The notes below the pieces were generated by a model, which was not told the origin of the DNA, searched no databases, and worked only from the letters and a program-made list of their open reading frames with translations. Position numbers and translations under genes: made by a program. Positions 1-9,375 of a stretch of DNA of 64,000 bases are shown in pieces. The DNA is taken from the NCBI GenBank assembly GCA_965661285.1, contig CBFIDD010000001.1, forward strand, positions 436,852 to 500,851, in the 5' to 3' direction. Position 1 is the first letter of the stretch. Every line of letters starts with the position of its first letter. This DNA comes from Poseidonia sp. Its GTDB lineage: Archaea; Thermoplasmatota; Poseidoniia; Poseidoniales; Poseidoniaceae.

Positions 1-14
1 TTGGCGCCGGCGCC

Positions 15-701
15 ATGGACCCCACGGCGCTGGGTGCACGTCCTGACGGCCTGGGTGCCGCCGCTGGCCGCCCGCTCCGCGGCTTGATGGGACAACAGGC
101 ACAGGAAGAGCCTCGCCTCGGTCTGGGTAACATGCGAGCACCGATGACCAGCGCACGACCGTTGGCTGGACAAACACCCCCCGTTCGTACGGTTCGCCAG
201 CCCATCGCCCAGCCTGAGCCCGTTCGTAACGTCAGAAAACCCATCGCAGCAGCAGAGCCTGCCTTTGTACCCCAAGAAGAGACCGCCATGGAAGACGTTG
301 GCGAGACCATGATCGAGGAAACCACAGCAGCCGAAGAGCAATCGGTTGAGGAAACCGTTCTTCCGGAGGTCAAAGAAGACCTTTCGGTCGCCGAGGAACT
401 GGCAGAGGAGACACTCGCTGAGGACATCGAAGAGAACCCGACGACCATGCAGCGTCCGACGGCCCTGCTCAAACCCATTCGTGGAACACTGCGACCGCTT
501 GAACAGGAAGAGGAGGTGCAAACGGCACCGCTAACACCTGTCGGCCACATGCTGATTCCCGAGAAGAAGCGAGGACCACCGCCCTCGTCTTCCATCGGAC
601 AACAAAAGGCCAGCCTTCGGCCCGTTCGTGGAACCTTGACGCCCGTGTCAAAACAACCCGTCAAGCGTCTTGAACCAAGTCATAAGAAAGACGAGGACTG
701 A
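15..701 (+). CDS. Hypothetical protein; Pro/Glu-rich low-complexity C-terminal part, probably starts before the window
   Basis: Open frame with genome-typical codon usage; internal repeats VR(T/N)VR(Q/K)PIA and L(K/R)P(I/V)RGTL(R/T)P. Confidence 0.6.
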   Translation: MDPTALGARPDGLGAAAGRPLRGLMGQQAQEEPRLGLGNMRAPMTSARPLAGQTPPVRTVRQPIAQPEPVRNVRKPIAAAEPAFVPQEETAMEDVGETMIEETTAAEEQSVEETVLPEVKEDLSVAEELAEETLAEDIEENPTTMQRPTALLKPIRGTLRPLEQEEEVQTAPLTPVGHMLIPEKKRGPPPSSSIGQQKASLRPVRGTLTPVSKQPVKRLEPSHKKDED

Positions 702-761
702 TCTTCACCGTTTGCACGGCGAAGCGCGCTGTTCATATCTGTCGGACCCCTCGGTACCGGC

Positions 762-3209
762 ATGAAGCGATGGTTGGCGTTTCTCGTGGTTTTCCTGCTT
801 GGGGCGCAAGCGGGCATGGTCGGTACGGTTTCCGGCGACCTCTCCTTGTTGACCAACAGTGGTGAAACCGACAGTCTTGACCGCCCCATCGTCCTGTGGG
901 AAACCCTGGACGACGGACGAATCCTTACCGTGGACAACCATGGCAACGTGAGCGTAAACGCATTCAACAACGGTGTGCTCTCAACCCAGTGGACCGTATT
1001 CCTCGAGGTCGATGCGAACAACGCACGGCTGGACGATGCACAAGAGCTCGTGGCTATTGCACACGACAGCGGCGCTTACGTCGTGCAGATGAGCACGCAG
1101 ACCGTGTATTGGAACATCACAACACCCGACCCCATCGACGAAGCGGTGCTGGACAAAGAGGGCGACATTTGGTTGGTGTACTACGCCGGTAAACGCAGGG
1201 CTGACCAGTACGACACCACCGGCTTTACCGGGATCAGCAGCTCAACGATTGCATCTGGCATTTCGGCGTTTGAAATTCTCCATGACGGCCGCGTCGCCAT
1301 CGCCTCCTACAACAAAAAGATCTACGTACACGGTAGCGATGGAACGGTCACCAACACCCTCAGTGAGCCAAACGGCATCGTCTCCTCGCTGGTTGAAGTT
1401 GACAACACCACCCTCCTCGCTGGAACGACAGGTGGTACGCTCTATCACTACGATACCGACACATGGGCATCGGCCAGTCTCGGTCTCGGGCACACCAAGC
1501 AAACGACCTCAATCGAGGCGTACAGCGAGATGTACATGGTTGGGGCCAAACAAGGCAAAACGACCTTTGTTGACCAGTCCAATTTCACCGTGATTCAAAC
1601 GTTCACGGCGTCAGGCGACATCATTGCGACCGAGCCCGAGTTCACCGGCCAGTTCTTCGCCATCGGCGTGTTGCCCACCCAAACCAAGGTCGTGTATTTC
1701 GACCTCGACAGCGACCAAGACGGCGTGAACGACCTCAAGGACGCGTTTCCAAACGATGCAACCCAAACCACCGACACCGACGAAGACGGCTACGGCGACG
1801 ACCCCAACGGCAATCAAGCCGATGCGTTTCCAAACGATGCCACCCAGTGGGCGGACAGAGACGGGGATGGCTACGGCGACAACGTTGCTGGTGAGAACCC
1901 CGACCTCTTCCCCAACAACGCCGACCAGTGGGCCGATGCTGACGGGGATGGCTACGGCGACAACAGAAACGGACTCGACGGGGACGTGTTCCCCGAGGAA
2001 TCCACGCAGTGGGCCGATGCCGACCGGGACGGCTACGGGGATAACCCGGACGGATTCAAACCCGACAGTTGTCCCGGCGTGAACGCGTTCTCAACCCTCG
2101 ACCGTTATGGCTGCCCGGACAGCGACCTTGACGGCTACTCAAACCCCGACGAGAATTGGACTGCAGAAGACGGCGCCGATGCGTTGCCCAACAATCCAAC
2201 CCAGTGGCTGGACGGCGACGGTGACGGCTACGGAGATGCCTCCGAAGGGGAACGTCCAGACGCTTGCCCCTGGGAATTTGGAACCTCCACCAAAGCGGTC
2301 AGCGTGGACCCGAACAGCACCCAAGGCTACACCAGCATTCCGTCCTTTGGATGCCTTGACGAAGACGGCGATGGCTATGTTGACCGAACCGAATCTCCGC
2401 TCATGGACAGTGACCCCGACGAACACTTTGACGGGGACGGTGATGGTGTTGGTTCAAACGCAGATTACGATGATACCCGGGGCTTCATCCAAACCGAGCA
2501 AGACCACTGTTTGAACGATAAAAACGACACTTCGGAGGCCTGTATGGGATGGAACGACCCTGCGTATCAGGCCTACGTTAACAGCGTTGAAGAAGGGACG
2601 TTTGTCTTGGGCTATAACGCCTGGAACACCACTAAAGACGACCAAGAAAACGGAGGCACCACATTGGGTTCGGTTGATGACGATACCTTGAATCAAGTCG
2701 TTATGGTCGGTCTTGTGGCCTTTGTGGGCTTGACTGCGCTCATTCTCGGGGCTGCCTACATCATCAATCGTCGCAAGGAAGCGGCGACCACCAAGGAGTA
2801 CGGAGGCGTGCGCCCCGGTATGTCAGGCGATGCTGCGAAGGAAGCCTTGGAAGGCCGAGGAGGTCTCTCGGCTGCTGGTGGCATCATTTCGGATGCCTCG
2901 TGGGACGATGATGTGGCCCAACTTGACTTCGAGCAACCATCGGATGGCTTCGACGATATGGCGTTGAAATCCGAAGACGGGGTGAGCGATGCCGGGTCGA
3001 TCACCTACGATGAGGAGAGCATCGAGTCCATTGCCGGCGTGGGGATGGAATCGGCGCCTGCTGAGGCCGATCCGGAGCCAAGCCCTGAGACGCCCGAGCG
3101 ACCAGCCGAAGCCCCACCCCTGCCAGAAGGTGGCCTTCCCGACGGATGGACCATGGACCAATGGCAATGGTACGGCCATGAGTGGCTCGCAAAATACGGG
3201 AAGAATTAG
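762..3209 (+). CDS. Membrane-anchored surface protein: beta-propeller-like N-domain, thrombospondin type-3 Ca-binding repeats, TM helix, C-terminal Trp-rich motif
   Basis: Signal peptide MKRWLAFLVVFLLG; many DxDGDGYGD/DAFPND repeats; TM VVMVGLVAFVGLTALILGAAYII-NRRK; ends PPLPEGGLPDGWTMDQWQWYGHEWL. Confidence 0.85.
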   Translation: MKRWLAFLVVFLLGAQAGMVGTVSGDLSLLTNSGETDSLDRPIVLWETLDDGRILTVDNHGNVSVNAFNNGVLSTQWTVFLEVDANNARLDDAQELVAIAHDSGAYVVQMSTQTVYWNITTPDPIDEAVLDKEGDIWLVYYAGKRRADQYDTTGFTGISSSTIASGISAFEILHDGRVAIASYNKKIYVHGSDGTVTNTLSEPNGIVSSLVEVDNTTLLAGTTGGTLYHYDTDTWASASLGLGHTKQTTSIEAYSEMYMVGAKQGKTTFVDQSNFTVIQTFTASGDIIATEPEFTGQFFAIGVLPTQTKVVYFDLDSDQDGVNDLKDAFPNDATQTTDTDEDGYGDDPNGNQADAFPNDATQWADRDGDGYGDNVAGENPDLFPNNADQWADADGDGYGDNRNGLDGDVFPEESTQWADADRDGYGDNPDGFKPDSCPGVNAFSTLDRYGCPDSDLDGYSNPDENWTAEDGADALPNNPTQWLDGDGDGYGDASEGERPDACPWEFGTSTKAVSVDPNSTQGYTSIPSFGCLDEDGDGYVDRTESPLMDSDPDEHFDGDGDGVGSNADYDDTRGFIQTEQDHCLNDKNDTSEACMGWNDPAYQAYVNSVEEGTFVLGYNAWNTTKDDQENGGTTLGSVDDDTLNQVVMVGLVAFVGLTALILGAAYIINRRKEAATTKEYGGVRPGMSGDAAKEALEGRGGLSAAGGIISDASWDDDVAQLDFEQPSDGFDDMALKSEDGVSDAGSITYDEESIESIAGVGMESAPAEADPEPSPETPERPAEAPPLPEGGLPDGWTMDQWQWYGHEWLAKYGKN

Positions 3210-3469
3210 ACCCAGACGATGGGCAAACTTGCCTTGAGAGCACCGAGTTCAAGACCCGTGTACAAGGGCTTTCCATCAACCTTACAGGTGCTCATAACCA
3301 ACCACAAAAAGCCGTTCCACGCCGTGGCATCGGCAAACAATTCCACCTTTCCGTGGATGGCGGCCATCAGCAACTGCGCCTGCTCCGTTTCATCGCTGCA
3401 CAGACCCTTGACCAAGTCCTTGGCCTCGAAACGATAACCCGGAGGACGCCACGACATCATGGTCATCAA
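3206..3469 (-). CDS. Small hypothetical protein resembling a truncated, degenerate PIN domain
   Basis: YRFEAKDLVKGL...LLMAAIHGKVELFAD follows the PIN b1-a1-a2-b2 pattern; overlaps the stop of the upstream RHH gene. Confidence 0.5.
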   Translation of the reverse strand: MMTMMSWRPPGYRFEAKDLVKGLCSDETEQAQLLMAAIHGKVELFADATAWNGFLWLVMSTCKVDGKPLYTGLELGALKASLPIVWV

Positions 3470-3708
3470 ACCTGGAACGGTGCGAGGTTGAGGCGTTCGG
3501 CGAGATGGTCGACATCGACGTCGACGGCTTGCTTCATTCGCTCTCGTAGCATGTCGATCTCACCTCGCATCTTCAACATCTTGTGGGTACGAATCATCTC
3601 GGCGAGCAACTCATTGACGCTCCTGTGGCCGCCGGTCGTGCGCAGCGTGTTCAGCTGGCGTCGAATCTCATAACTCACGCTCACGGAGGTCATGCCTTCT
3701 GCTGTCAT
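3466..3708 (-). CDS. Small ribbon-helix-helix DNA-binding protein (VapB/SegB-like)
   Basis: TSVSVS strand, helix YEIRRQLNTLR, turn GG, helix SVNELLAEMIR, then a helical tail; TTAAGTA box about 40 nt upstream. Confidence 0.65.
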   Translation of the reverse strand: MTAEGMTSVSVSYEIRRQLNTLRTTGGHRSVNELLAEMIRTHKMLKMRGEIDMLRERMKQAVDVDVDHLAERLNLAPFQV

Positions 3709-3818
3709 GGGAATACCTGCTCAAGGTTCGGTTTGGGCCCATACTTAACCCATGCGAAGGGTTTCACGGTTGAAGAGCCCGTTTGACGAGCAAAAAGAAC
3801 CCTCCGAAGCGATTCGTC

Positions 3819-4778
3819 CTAGCGGATGTTTCGCTCTCGTCGTAGCCTCGATTCCTCAACCACGCCGAATTCTCGTCGGACTTCCTGCACCCGCTGGTGC
3901 ACTTCCTTGGCCAGCGTCCAGTACTCCAGACTGCCAGCACCCGCTCCCGAATTTGTGGGTTTGTTGAGAATCACCGTCGGTGCACCGCTCCACGGTGCTT
4001 CAGCCACCTTCGCCAAGCGGCGCACGGTGGTGTTGAACAGTTTGTTCGGCATCTTCTTGTTCACCTGATCACAAACATAGGTGCTGAGTTTGGAACGCCC
4101 GTCGACCATGGTCATGACGATGCCAAAAATCTTCAGATTCCGGTTGATGCGTCGCTGAATCATTTTGATGGAATTCATCAGCATGCTGAAGCCTTCGAGG
4201 GCGTAATACTCCGCTTGAACCGGCACCATCACCCAGTTGGCGGCGCACATGGCGTTGATGGACAGCAGGCCCAGTGAGGGCGGCGTATCGATGATGATGT
4301 AGTCAAACTCGTCCATGATGGGAAGAAGCGCTTCTTGCAAGCGGGTCTCACGGCCAATTTTGTGACTCAACTCAATTTCCGCACCGGAGAGGTGAATATC
4401 GCTGGGGAGGATCCACAGATGACCGGCGTCAATGGTATCGGGGACTTTTTTCCCACCGTTTCGATTGCTCCATGCTTCACGCATCGCCTTGGTAATTTCA
4501 CTTGGAGGAATGAGGTACTCCTCTATCAGGGGCAATTCTTCCCCACCGTCGTTGGTCAGAAGGTCGTACACCGTTTTCTTGATTTTCTTCTTCTCTAAGC
4601 CAAACGACGTCGCACAGTTCCCCTGCGGGTCCAAGTCGACGAGCAACACCTTAGCCGGCGGCAACCCTTGTCGACGCGAGCCTTTGGCCAGTGCAGCAGC
4701 GACGTTGACAGCCGTGGTGGTCTTCGCACACCCACCTTTTTGGTTCGCGACGGCGATGACCATTTTGTAAGGATTCAC
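3819..4778 (-). CDS. parA: ParA/Soj-family ATPase
   Basis: Deviant Walker A NQKGGCAKTTT, DLDPQGN, IIIDTPPSLG, PVQAEYYALEG. Confidence 0.92.
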   Translation of the reverse strand: MNPYKMVIAVANQKGGCAKTTTAVNVAAALAKGSRRQGLPPAKVLLVDLDPQGNCATSFGLEKKKIKKTVYDLLTNDGGEELPLIEEYLIPPSEITKAMREAWSNRNGGKKVPDTIDAGHLWILPSDIHLSGAEIELSHKIGRETRLQEALLPIMDEFDYIIIDTPPSLGLLSINAMCAANWVMVPVQAEYYALEGFSMLMNSIKMIQRRINRNLKIFGIVMTMVDGRSKLSTYVCDQVNKKMPNKLFNTTVRRLAKVAEAPWSGAPTVILNKPTNSGAGAGSLEYWTLAKEVHQRVQEVRREFGVVEESRLRRERNIR

Positions 4779-4847
4779 GGTGTTTCACCTCCGGCAGTTT
4801 CAGCAGGAAGGAACTCCCCTTTGAATGCGAGCCTCAAACGCCCGGTT

Positions 4848-5849
4848 TCAAGCGGGTTGAATCACAGGCACGGGCACTTCGGAGAGAATCTTCCGAACGA
4901 TGTGCATACCGGTGATGCCACGGATTTTGGCTTCAGGCTTCATGTTGATACGGTGGGAGATGATCTGCAAGGCAATGCCCTTGATGTCATCGGGAATCAC
5001 ATAGTTCCGCCCTGCGATGGCTGCTGCGGCACGCCCGGTCTTGAACAAGGCCTGACTTGCACGTGGTGAAGCTCCGTTGATAACGCGATGATCTTCGCGG
5101 GTGCGCTGAACGATTTCGATGATGTAGGAGAGAATGGCGGGGTCGACGTGCACCGTTTCAAGCGCTTTCTGCATGGCGACGACCTTCTTGGGCGAGGTGA
5201 CCTGTTCGACCACGTGTTCGTCCTGCCCTCGCAATTTTCGTCGGGCAAGGATGGCCTTCTCCTCAGCACGGTCGGGATAGCCCATGCTCATCTTCATCAG
5301 GAAACGGTCCATTTGAGCCTCAGGAAGCGGGTAGGTTCCTTCCTGTTCAATCGGGTTTTGCGTGGCGATAACGACGAAGGGAGCGGGCAGTTTGTGCGTG
5401 ATACCTTCAATGGTCACCTGCTTTTCTTCCATCGCTTCAAGCAGGGCAGCCTGGGTCTTTGGAGGAGCACGGTTGATCTCGTCAGCAAGGAGAATGTTGG
5501 AAAACAAAGGACCAGCACGGAGTTTGAACTCACCGGCTTTCTGGTCGTACATGTACGTCCCCATGATGTCCGAAGGCAGCAGGTCAGGCGTGAATTGGAC
5601 TCGCTTAAATTTGCACCCGAGTGCTCGGGCGAAGGTGTTGGCGAGCAAGGTCTTGGCCAAACCGGGGAAGTCTTCGAGAAGCATGTTACCGTTGGAGAGA
5701 ATACCAACCGTAACTCGGCGCAGGTTCTCGTTCTTTCCAATGATGACCTTGCTGACCTCGTTCATGAGGCTGTTGGAAATCGCCGAGACGGTAGCAATCA
5801 AATCCTGGGTGCGTGCGCCACCGGCGCTTCCTTGCATGCTTGCTTCCAT
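4848..5849 (-). CDS. moxR: MoxR-family AAA+ ATPase
   Basis: EDFPGLAKT, RVQFTPDLLPSDI, LADEINRAPPKTQAALLEAM, ATQNPIEQEGTYPLPEAQMDRF. Confidence 0.93.
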   Translation of the reverse strand: MEASMQGSAGGARTQDLIATVSAISNSLMNEVSKVIIGKNENLRRVTVGILSNGNMLLEDFPGLAKTLLANTFARALGCKFKRVQFTPDLLPSDIMGTYMYDQKAGEFKLRAGPLFSNILLADEINRAPPKTQAALLEAMEEKQVTIEGITHKLPAPFVVIATQNPIEQEGTYPLPEAQMDRFLMKMSMGYPDRAEEKAILARRKLRGQDEHVVEQVTSPKKVVAMQKALETVHVDPAILSYIIEIVQRTREDHRVINGASPRASQALFKTGRAAAAIAGRNYVIPDDIKGIALQIISHRINMKPEAKIRGITGMHIVRKILSEVPVPVIQPA

Positions 5850-5947
5850 CTCAAACCCTCGTTTGTAAAATCATGTCCGCTCATATCTTATATGAATGTG
5901 TGCGCTTTCCGCGACAAAAATGCTCATGCAGACTTCATGACAGTGGA

Positions 5948-7894
5948 TTAGCGTCCCCAGAAATGGTTGTCCTTTCGGTGAAGTGCGACGATTTCATCCA
6001 GAATTTCTTCTTCGAGGGCAGACAACTCCACCTTCTTGAGGCGCTTGACGTGACGTTCGGGGACATCGACGTAGAATTCGTCCAATTCGTCGATGTGTCG
6101 GCCGACGGTTGGGCCCTGAATGGCCACTGCAATTTCATCGCCCTGCATGGCTTCTTTGACGTCCTCGCTTGCTCGTGTGCGCAGGCTCTTGACCTGTCCC
6201 ACGGGCGTACCGTCCAGTTTCATGAGGCGCTGCCCGATGTGGATTCGCCCGCCGAGGACGCGCATACCGACGATGGCGGGGCCTTTGGCACGGAACGTAT
6301 GGTCCTTCAGGTAGCGCACCTTTCCGGGATACACAAGGGCTTCCCGCTGTTCCTCCTCAATCGCCGCTTTCGTTTCTTCCTGCCAGTCTTCGAACGCGTC
6401 CATGATGTGGTAAATGATGGGTCCAGAGATGAACTTGACCTCAGCGTCATCGTCGGCGAGTTGTTGAGCAACATCGCTGGTGTTCGCTTTGGTGGAAAAA
6501 CCGAGAATGACCTTTTGCAGCGGATCGGCAGCGGACTTGGCCATCAGGATGTCTTTCTTGTTGACGGGGCCCACCGTGGCTTGGCGCACCGGAATGTTGC
6601 GTTGATGCAATTCGAACGCTAAGGCTTCCAGACCACCGACGGTATCGGCCTTGATGACCACCCCGGTTCGGTCCTCTTCGGCTCCCCGACAGTCCCCTTT
6701 GGTGGTGTGTGCTTGGAAGGCCTGTCGCGCAAAGATTTCCTTGCACGAGGAACACATGACGGGCATGCTGTTGAAAATGGCACGCCACTCCTCACGAATG
6801 GCTTCCTCAGCCGTCTCGATTTCTTCGGCCGTGTTGGCAAGATGCAAGGTGGTTCCGGCGATGGCGGCTTCGAGTTTCGGAGCGACGATTTTGACCCCGC
6901 AAGCAGCTTCGACGGCGTCGAAATTGACCCAGCGTTTTCCGGCGTCTCGCATTTCAGCCATGCCTTGTGGGCGCTTGAGCCCCTTGATGTGGGTGGTGAA
7001 GGGCCCGTCTTGGCCGGCGAGCATGATGCTGTCGCCGACCTTGAGTTCACCCCGGTAGAGAATGACGTCAACGGTTTTCCCCATCCCGACTTCGTCCCTC
7101 ATCTCCAAAACGGTCCCTTGAGCGGACCCTAACGTGTCCGTGAGGCGGTCCTCGAGGAAACGTTCCGCCAAACCGACGGTGACGGCGAGCAGGTCTTGGA
7201 GCCCTTCGCCCTCTTTGGCCGACATGGGAACGAGCGCAACGTTTTGTCGGAAATCTCGAATTTGGTCGTAACGCTCAAGATTAAACCCGTGCTCAGAGAA
7301 TTGGCCGACAATTTTCCAATAACGCTCTTCAAAGTAGGCCCGAACATCCTCGCGCTGATTCTGGAAGGATTCGATAAACGACCGACCTCGCTCACTACGC
7401 CAACCGTGAAGGCGGTCAACCTTGTTGCCTGCAATCACAAACGGCGTGCGGGTTTCCTTGAGAATGTTGAGCGATTCAATGGTCTGGGGCTGCAAGCCTT
7501 CCATGATGTCGACGACCAGGACCGCGATGTCAGCCACCGAACCGCCTCGATTTCGGAGTGAAGCAAAGGAATGGTGCCCTGGCGTATCGATAAACAACAA
7601 TCCGGGAGATTTGAAATTCTTCCCGCCCAGCATGGCGGCGCAGGTTTCGTTGAGGACATCAGCGGGTACTTCCGTTGCGCCGATGTGCTGGGTGATGCCA
7701 CCCGCCTCGCGGTCCATGACGCTCGCTTGTCGCTGGCTGCCGATGGAGCGAACCATGTCCAGGACGCTGGTTTTGCCGTGGTCGACATGGCCGAGCACCG
7801 AGACGATGGGTTGTCGGTTGTGGCCTCGTGGAGGTGCCTCGCCCTCATCGGCGGGTGTGACCTCTTCGGTAGTCATGATATCACCACTTGACAT
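5948..7894 (-). CDS. infB: Translation initiation factor aIF5B (IF-2) with zinc-finger insertion
   Basis: RQPIVSVLGHVDHGKT, EAGGITQHIGA, IDTPGH, NKVD, SAKEGEG; position upstream of ndk-L24e-S28e-L7Ae. Confidence 0.96.
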   Translation of the reverse strand: MSSGDIMTTEEVTPADEGEAPPRGHNRQPIVSVLGHVDHGKTSVLDMVRSIGSQRQASVMDREAGGITQHIGATEVPADVLNETCAAMLGGKNFKSPGLLFIDTPGHHSFASLRNRGGSVADIAVLVVDIMEGLQPQTIESLNILKETRTPFVIAGNKVDRLHGWRSERGRSFIESFQNQREDVRAYFEERYWKIVGQFSEHGFNLERYDQIRDFRQNVALVPMSAKEGEGLQDLLAVTVGLAERFLEDRLTDTLGSAQGTVLEMRDEVGMGKTVDVILYRGELKVGDSIMLAGQDGPFTTHIKGLKRPQGMAEMRDAGKRWVNFDAVEAACGVKIVAPKLEAAIAGTTLHLANTAEEIETAEEAIREEWRAIFNSMPVMCSSCKEIFARQAFQAHTTKGDCRGAEEDRTGVVIKADTVGGLEALAFELHQRNIPVRQATVGPVNKKDILMAKSAADPLQKVILGFSTKANTSDVAQQLADDDAEVKFISGPIIYHIMDAFEDWQEETKAAIEEEQREALVYPGKVRYLKDHTFRAKGPAIVGMRVLGGRIHIGQRLMKLDGTPVGQVKSLRTRASEDVKEAMQGDEIAVAIQGPTVGRHIDELDEFYVDVPERHVKRLKKVELSALEEEILDEIVALHRKDNHFWGR

Positions 7895-7910
7895 GCGGTG
7901 TTATGAGGCT

Positions 7911-8369
7911 TCACTCGTAAACCCAGGTGCCCATGGTGTTCTCCCATGACATCAAGCCTTCGGGGAACCACAAGCCGATTTCAAATTCGGCGGTTTCAGG
8001 GGCGTCTGATCCGTGAATCATGTTGAAGCCCATATCCATGCCGAAATCGCCACGAATGGTGCCCGGGTCGGCGTTTCGACCATTGGTGGCGCCGATGAGT
8101 TTGCGGGCGACGGCGATGGCCTCAACGCCCTGCCATGCCATACAGACAACGGGACCGGAGGTGACGAACTTGATGAGGCCAGGGAAAAAGGAACGCTCCT
8201 TGTGCACGTCATAGTGCGAGCGGGCGATGTCCTCGGTCGGCACCATGGCTTTCAGACCGACGAGCTTGAGGCCCTTTCGTTCAAATCGTCCAATAATTTC
8301 GCTGATGAGACCGCGCTGTACGCCGTCGGGTTTGATCATAACATATGTTGTTTCCATGGTGTTCACCAT
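7911..8369 (-). CDS. ndk: Nucleoside diphosphate kinase
   Basis: [25 protein letters not shown]. Confidence 0.97.
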   Translation of the reverse strand: MVNTMETTYVMIKPDGVQRGLISEIIGRFERKGLKLVGLKAMVPTEDIARSHYDVHKERSFFPGLIKFVTSGPVVCMAWQGVEAIAVARKLIGATNGRNADPGTIRGDFGMDMGFNMIHGSDAPETAEFEIGLWFPEGLMSWENTMGTWVYE

Positions 8370-8428
8370 ACCGACCCAAAAGTGACCCGTTTATGGGCGT
8401 TGCTGTAGGGCTGTGCGGACGTCAGCCT

Positions 8429-8620
8429 TCACTGAATGCCGCCCTTGACGTAGTGGCGAGTCCACTTGACCTTGCGGGCATTTCGCTTGAGTAGGAGTTG
8501 GTTCTTGCGAGCCTTGCTGCTCTTGAACCAGAGAACACTACCGTCCTTGCGGACAAACATCATACCGGTGCCGGGTTCGATTTCCTCGCCCGTAAAGTTG
8601 CAAATTCGTCGTTCTGGCAT
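8429..8620 (-). CDS. rpl24e: 50S ribosomal protein L24e
   Basis: CNFTGEEIEPGTGMMFVRKDG, ARKVKWT. Confidence 0.95.
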   Translation of the reverse strand: MPERRICNFTGEEIEPGTGMMFVRKDGSVLWFKSSKARKNQLLLKRNARKVKWTRHYVKGGIQ

Positions 8621-8625
8621 TGTTC

Positions 8626-8850
8626 TCACCGTGCGTTCAGCTTGCGGGCTTCACGGCCCGTGTCCTTGAGCATCAAAATGTCGCCAACGCGAATGGGTCC
8701 GACGACGTTTCGGCTGATGATACGGCCAACGTCTCGGGGGTTGGGAGCGTCGTTGACACGCACCTTGACTTGTGTTGCTTCTCCGGTCATTCCGGTTCGG
8801 CCGACGATCTCGACCACTTCTGCTGGCCATCCACCAAGTTCTTCACTCAT
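8626..8850 (-). CDS. rps28e: 30S ribosomal protein S28e
   Basis: [36 protein letters not shown]. Confidence 0.95.
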   Translation of the reverse strand: MSEELGGWPAEVVEIVGRTGMTGEATQVKVRVNDAPNPRDVGRIISRNVVGPIRVGDILMLKDTGREARKLNAR

Positions 8851-8873
8851 CGTTCTCAACTCGTCGTGGGGAT

Positions 8874-9248
8874 TCAGTTGTTCTTGAGGGCTTTGATTTC
8901 CTCAACAACTTCGTGGAATTTCTCTTGGGCGCCTTTGGTGATTTCCATCACGGCCACGGAGGCTGCGGTGGTGTCCTTTGGCATACCGATGCCCTTGGCA
9001 AGGAATTCTTGGCTGGGGACATAGCCGAAGGGGATGTCTTTTTCAGCGCAAATCAAAGGAATGTGAGCGAGCAACTCTGGAGGGTTGACGTCTTCTGCAA
9101 GAATGATGAACTGGGCCGTTCCGCGCTCGGCGGCTTTGGTCACTTCGTTGCTACCTTTCTTGACACGACCGTTCTTGTTGAGGTCGATCATTTCATAGAT
9201 TTTGTTGGCTAGGTCTTCTGGGGTTTCAAATTGCACATGTACACTCAT
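8874..9248 (-). CDS. rpl7ae: 50S ribosomal protein L7Ae
   Basis: [29 protein letters not shown]; start moved to the ATG at 9248, which has a purine-rich RBS. Confidence 0.95.
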   Translation of the reverse strand: MSVHVQFETPEDLANKIYEMIDLNKNGRVKKGSNEVTKAAERGTAQFIILAEDVNPPELLAHIPLICAEKDIPFGYVPSQEFLAKGIGMPKDTTAASVAVMEITKGAQEKFHEVVEEIKALKNN

Positions 9249-9300
9249 TGGAATCTCTCCTTCCTCGTGATGGGGGCATGCTTCCGCACGACCCCGCGGA

Positions 9301-9306
9301 TATAAA
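9301..9306 (-). promoter_or_regulatory. Putative TATA box (TTTATA) of the rpl7ae-rps28e-rpl24e operon
   Basis: Archaeal boxA-like hexamer about 55 nt upstream of the rpl7ae start. Confidence 0.5.
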
Positions 9307-9375
9307 CGCAACGGAGGCGACACGGGAGGGTAATTTTCCACCCTTGTCGAGAATCAAGGCGCAGTGTCGTGGTTT

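Noticed and set aside
1699-2480. DNA-level repeats (GACGGCTACGGCGAC etc.)
   Set aside because: Explained by thrombospondin type-3 protein repeats
9249-9300. K-turn autoregulatory element in the rpl7ae leader
   Set aside because: Known in other archaea, but I could not fold a convincing tandem G-A K-turn here
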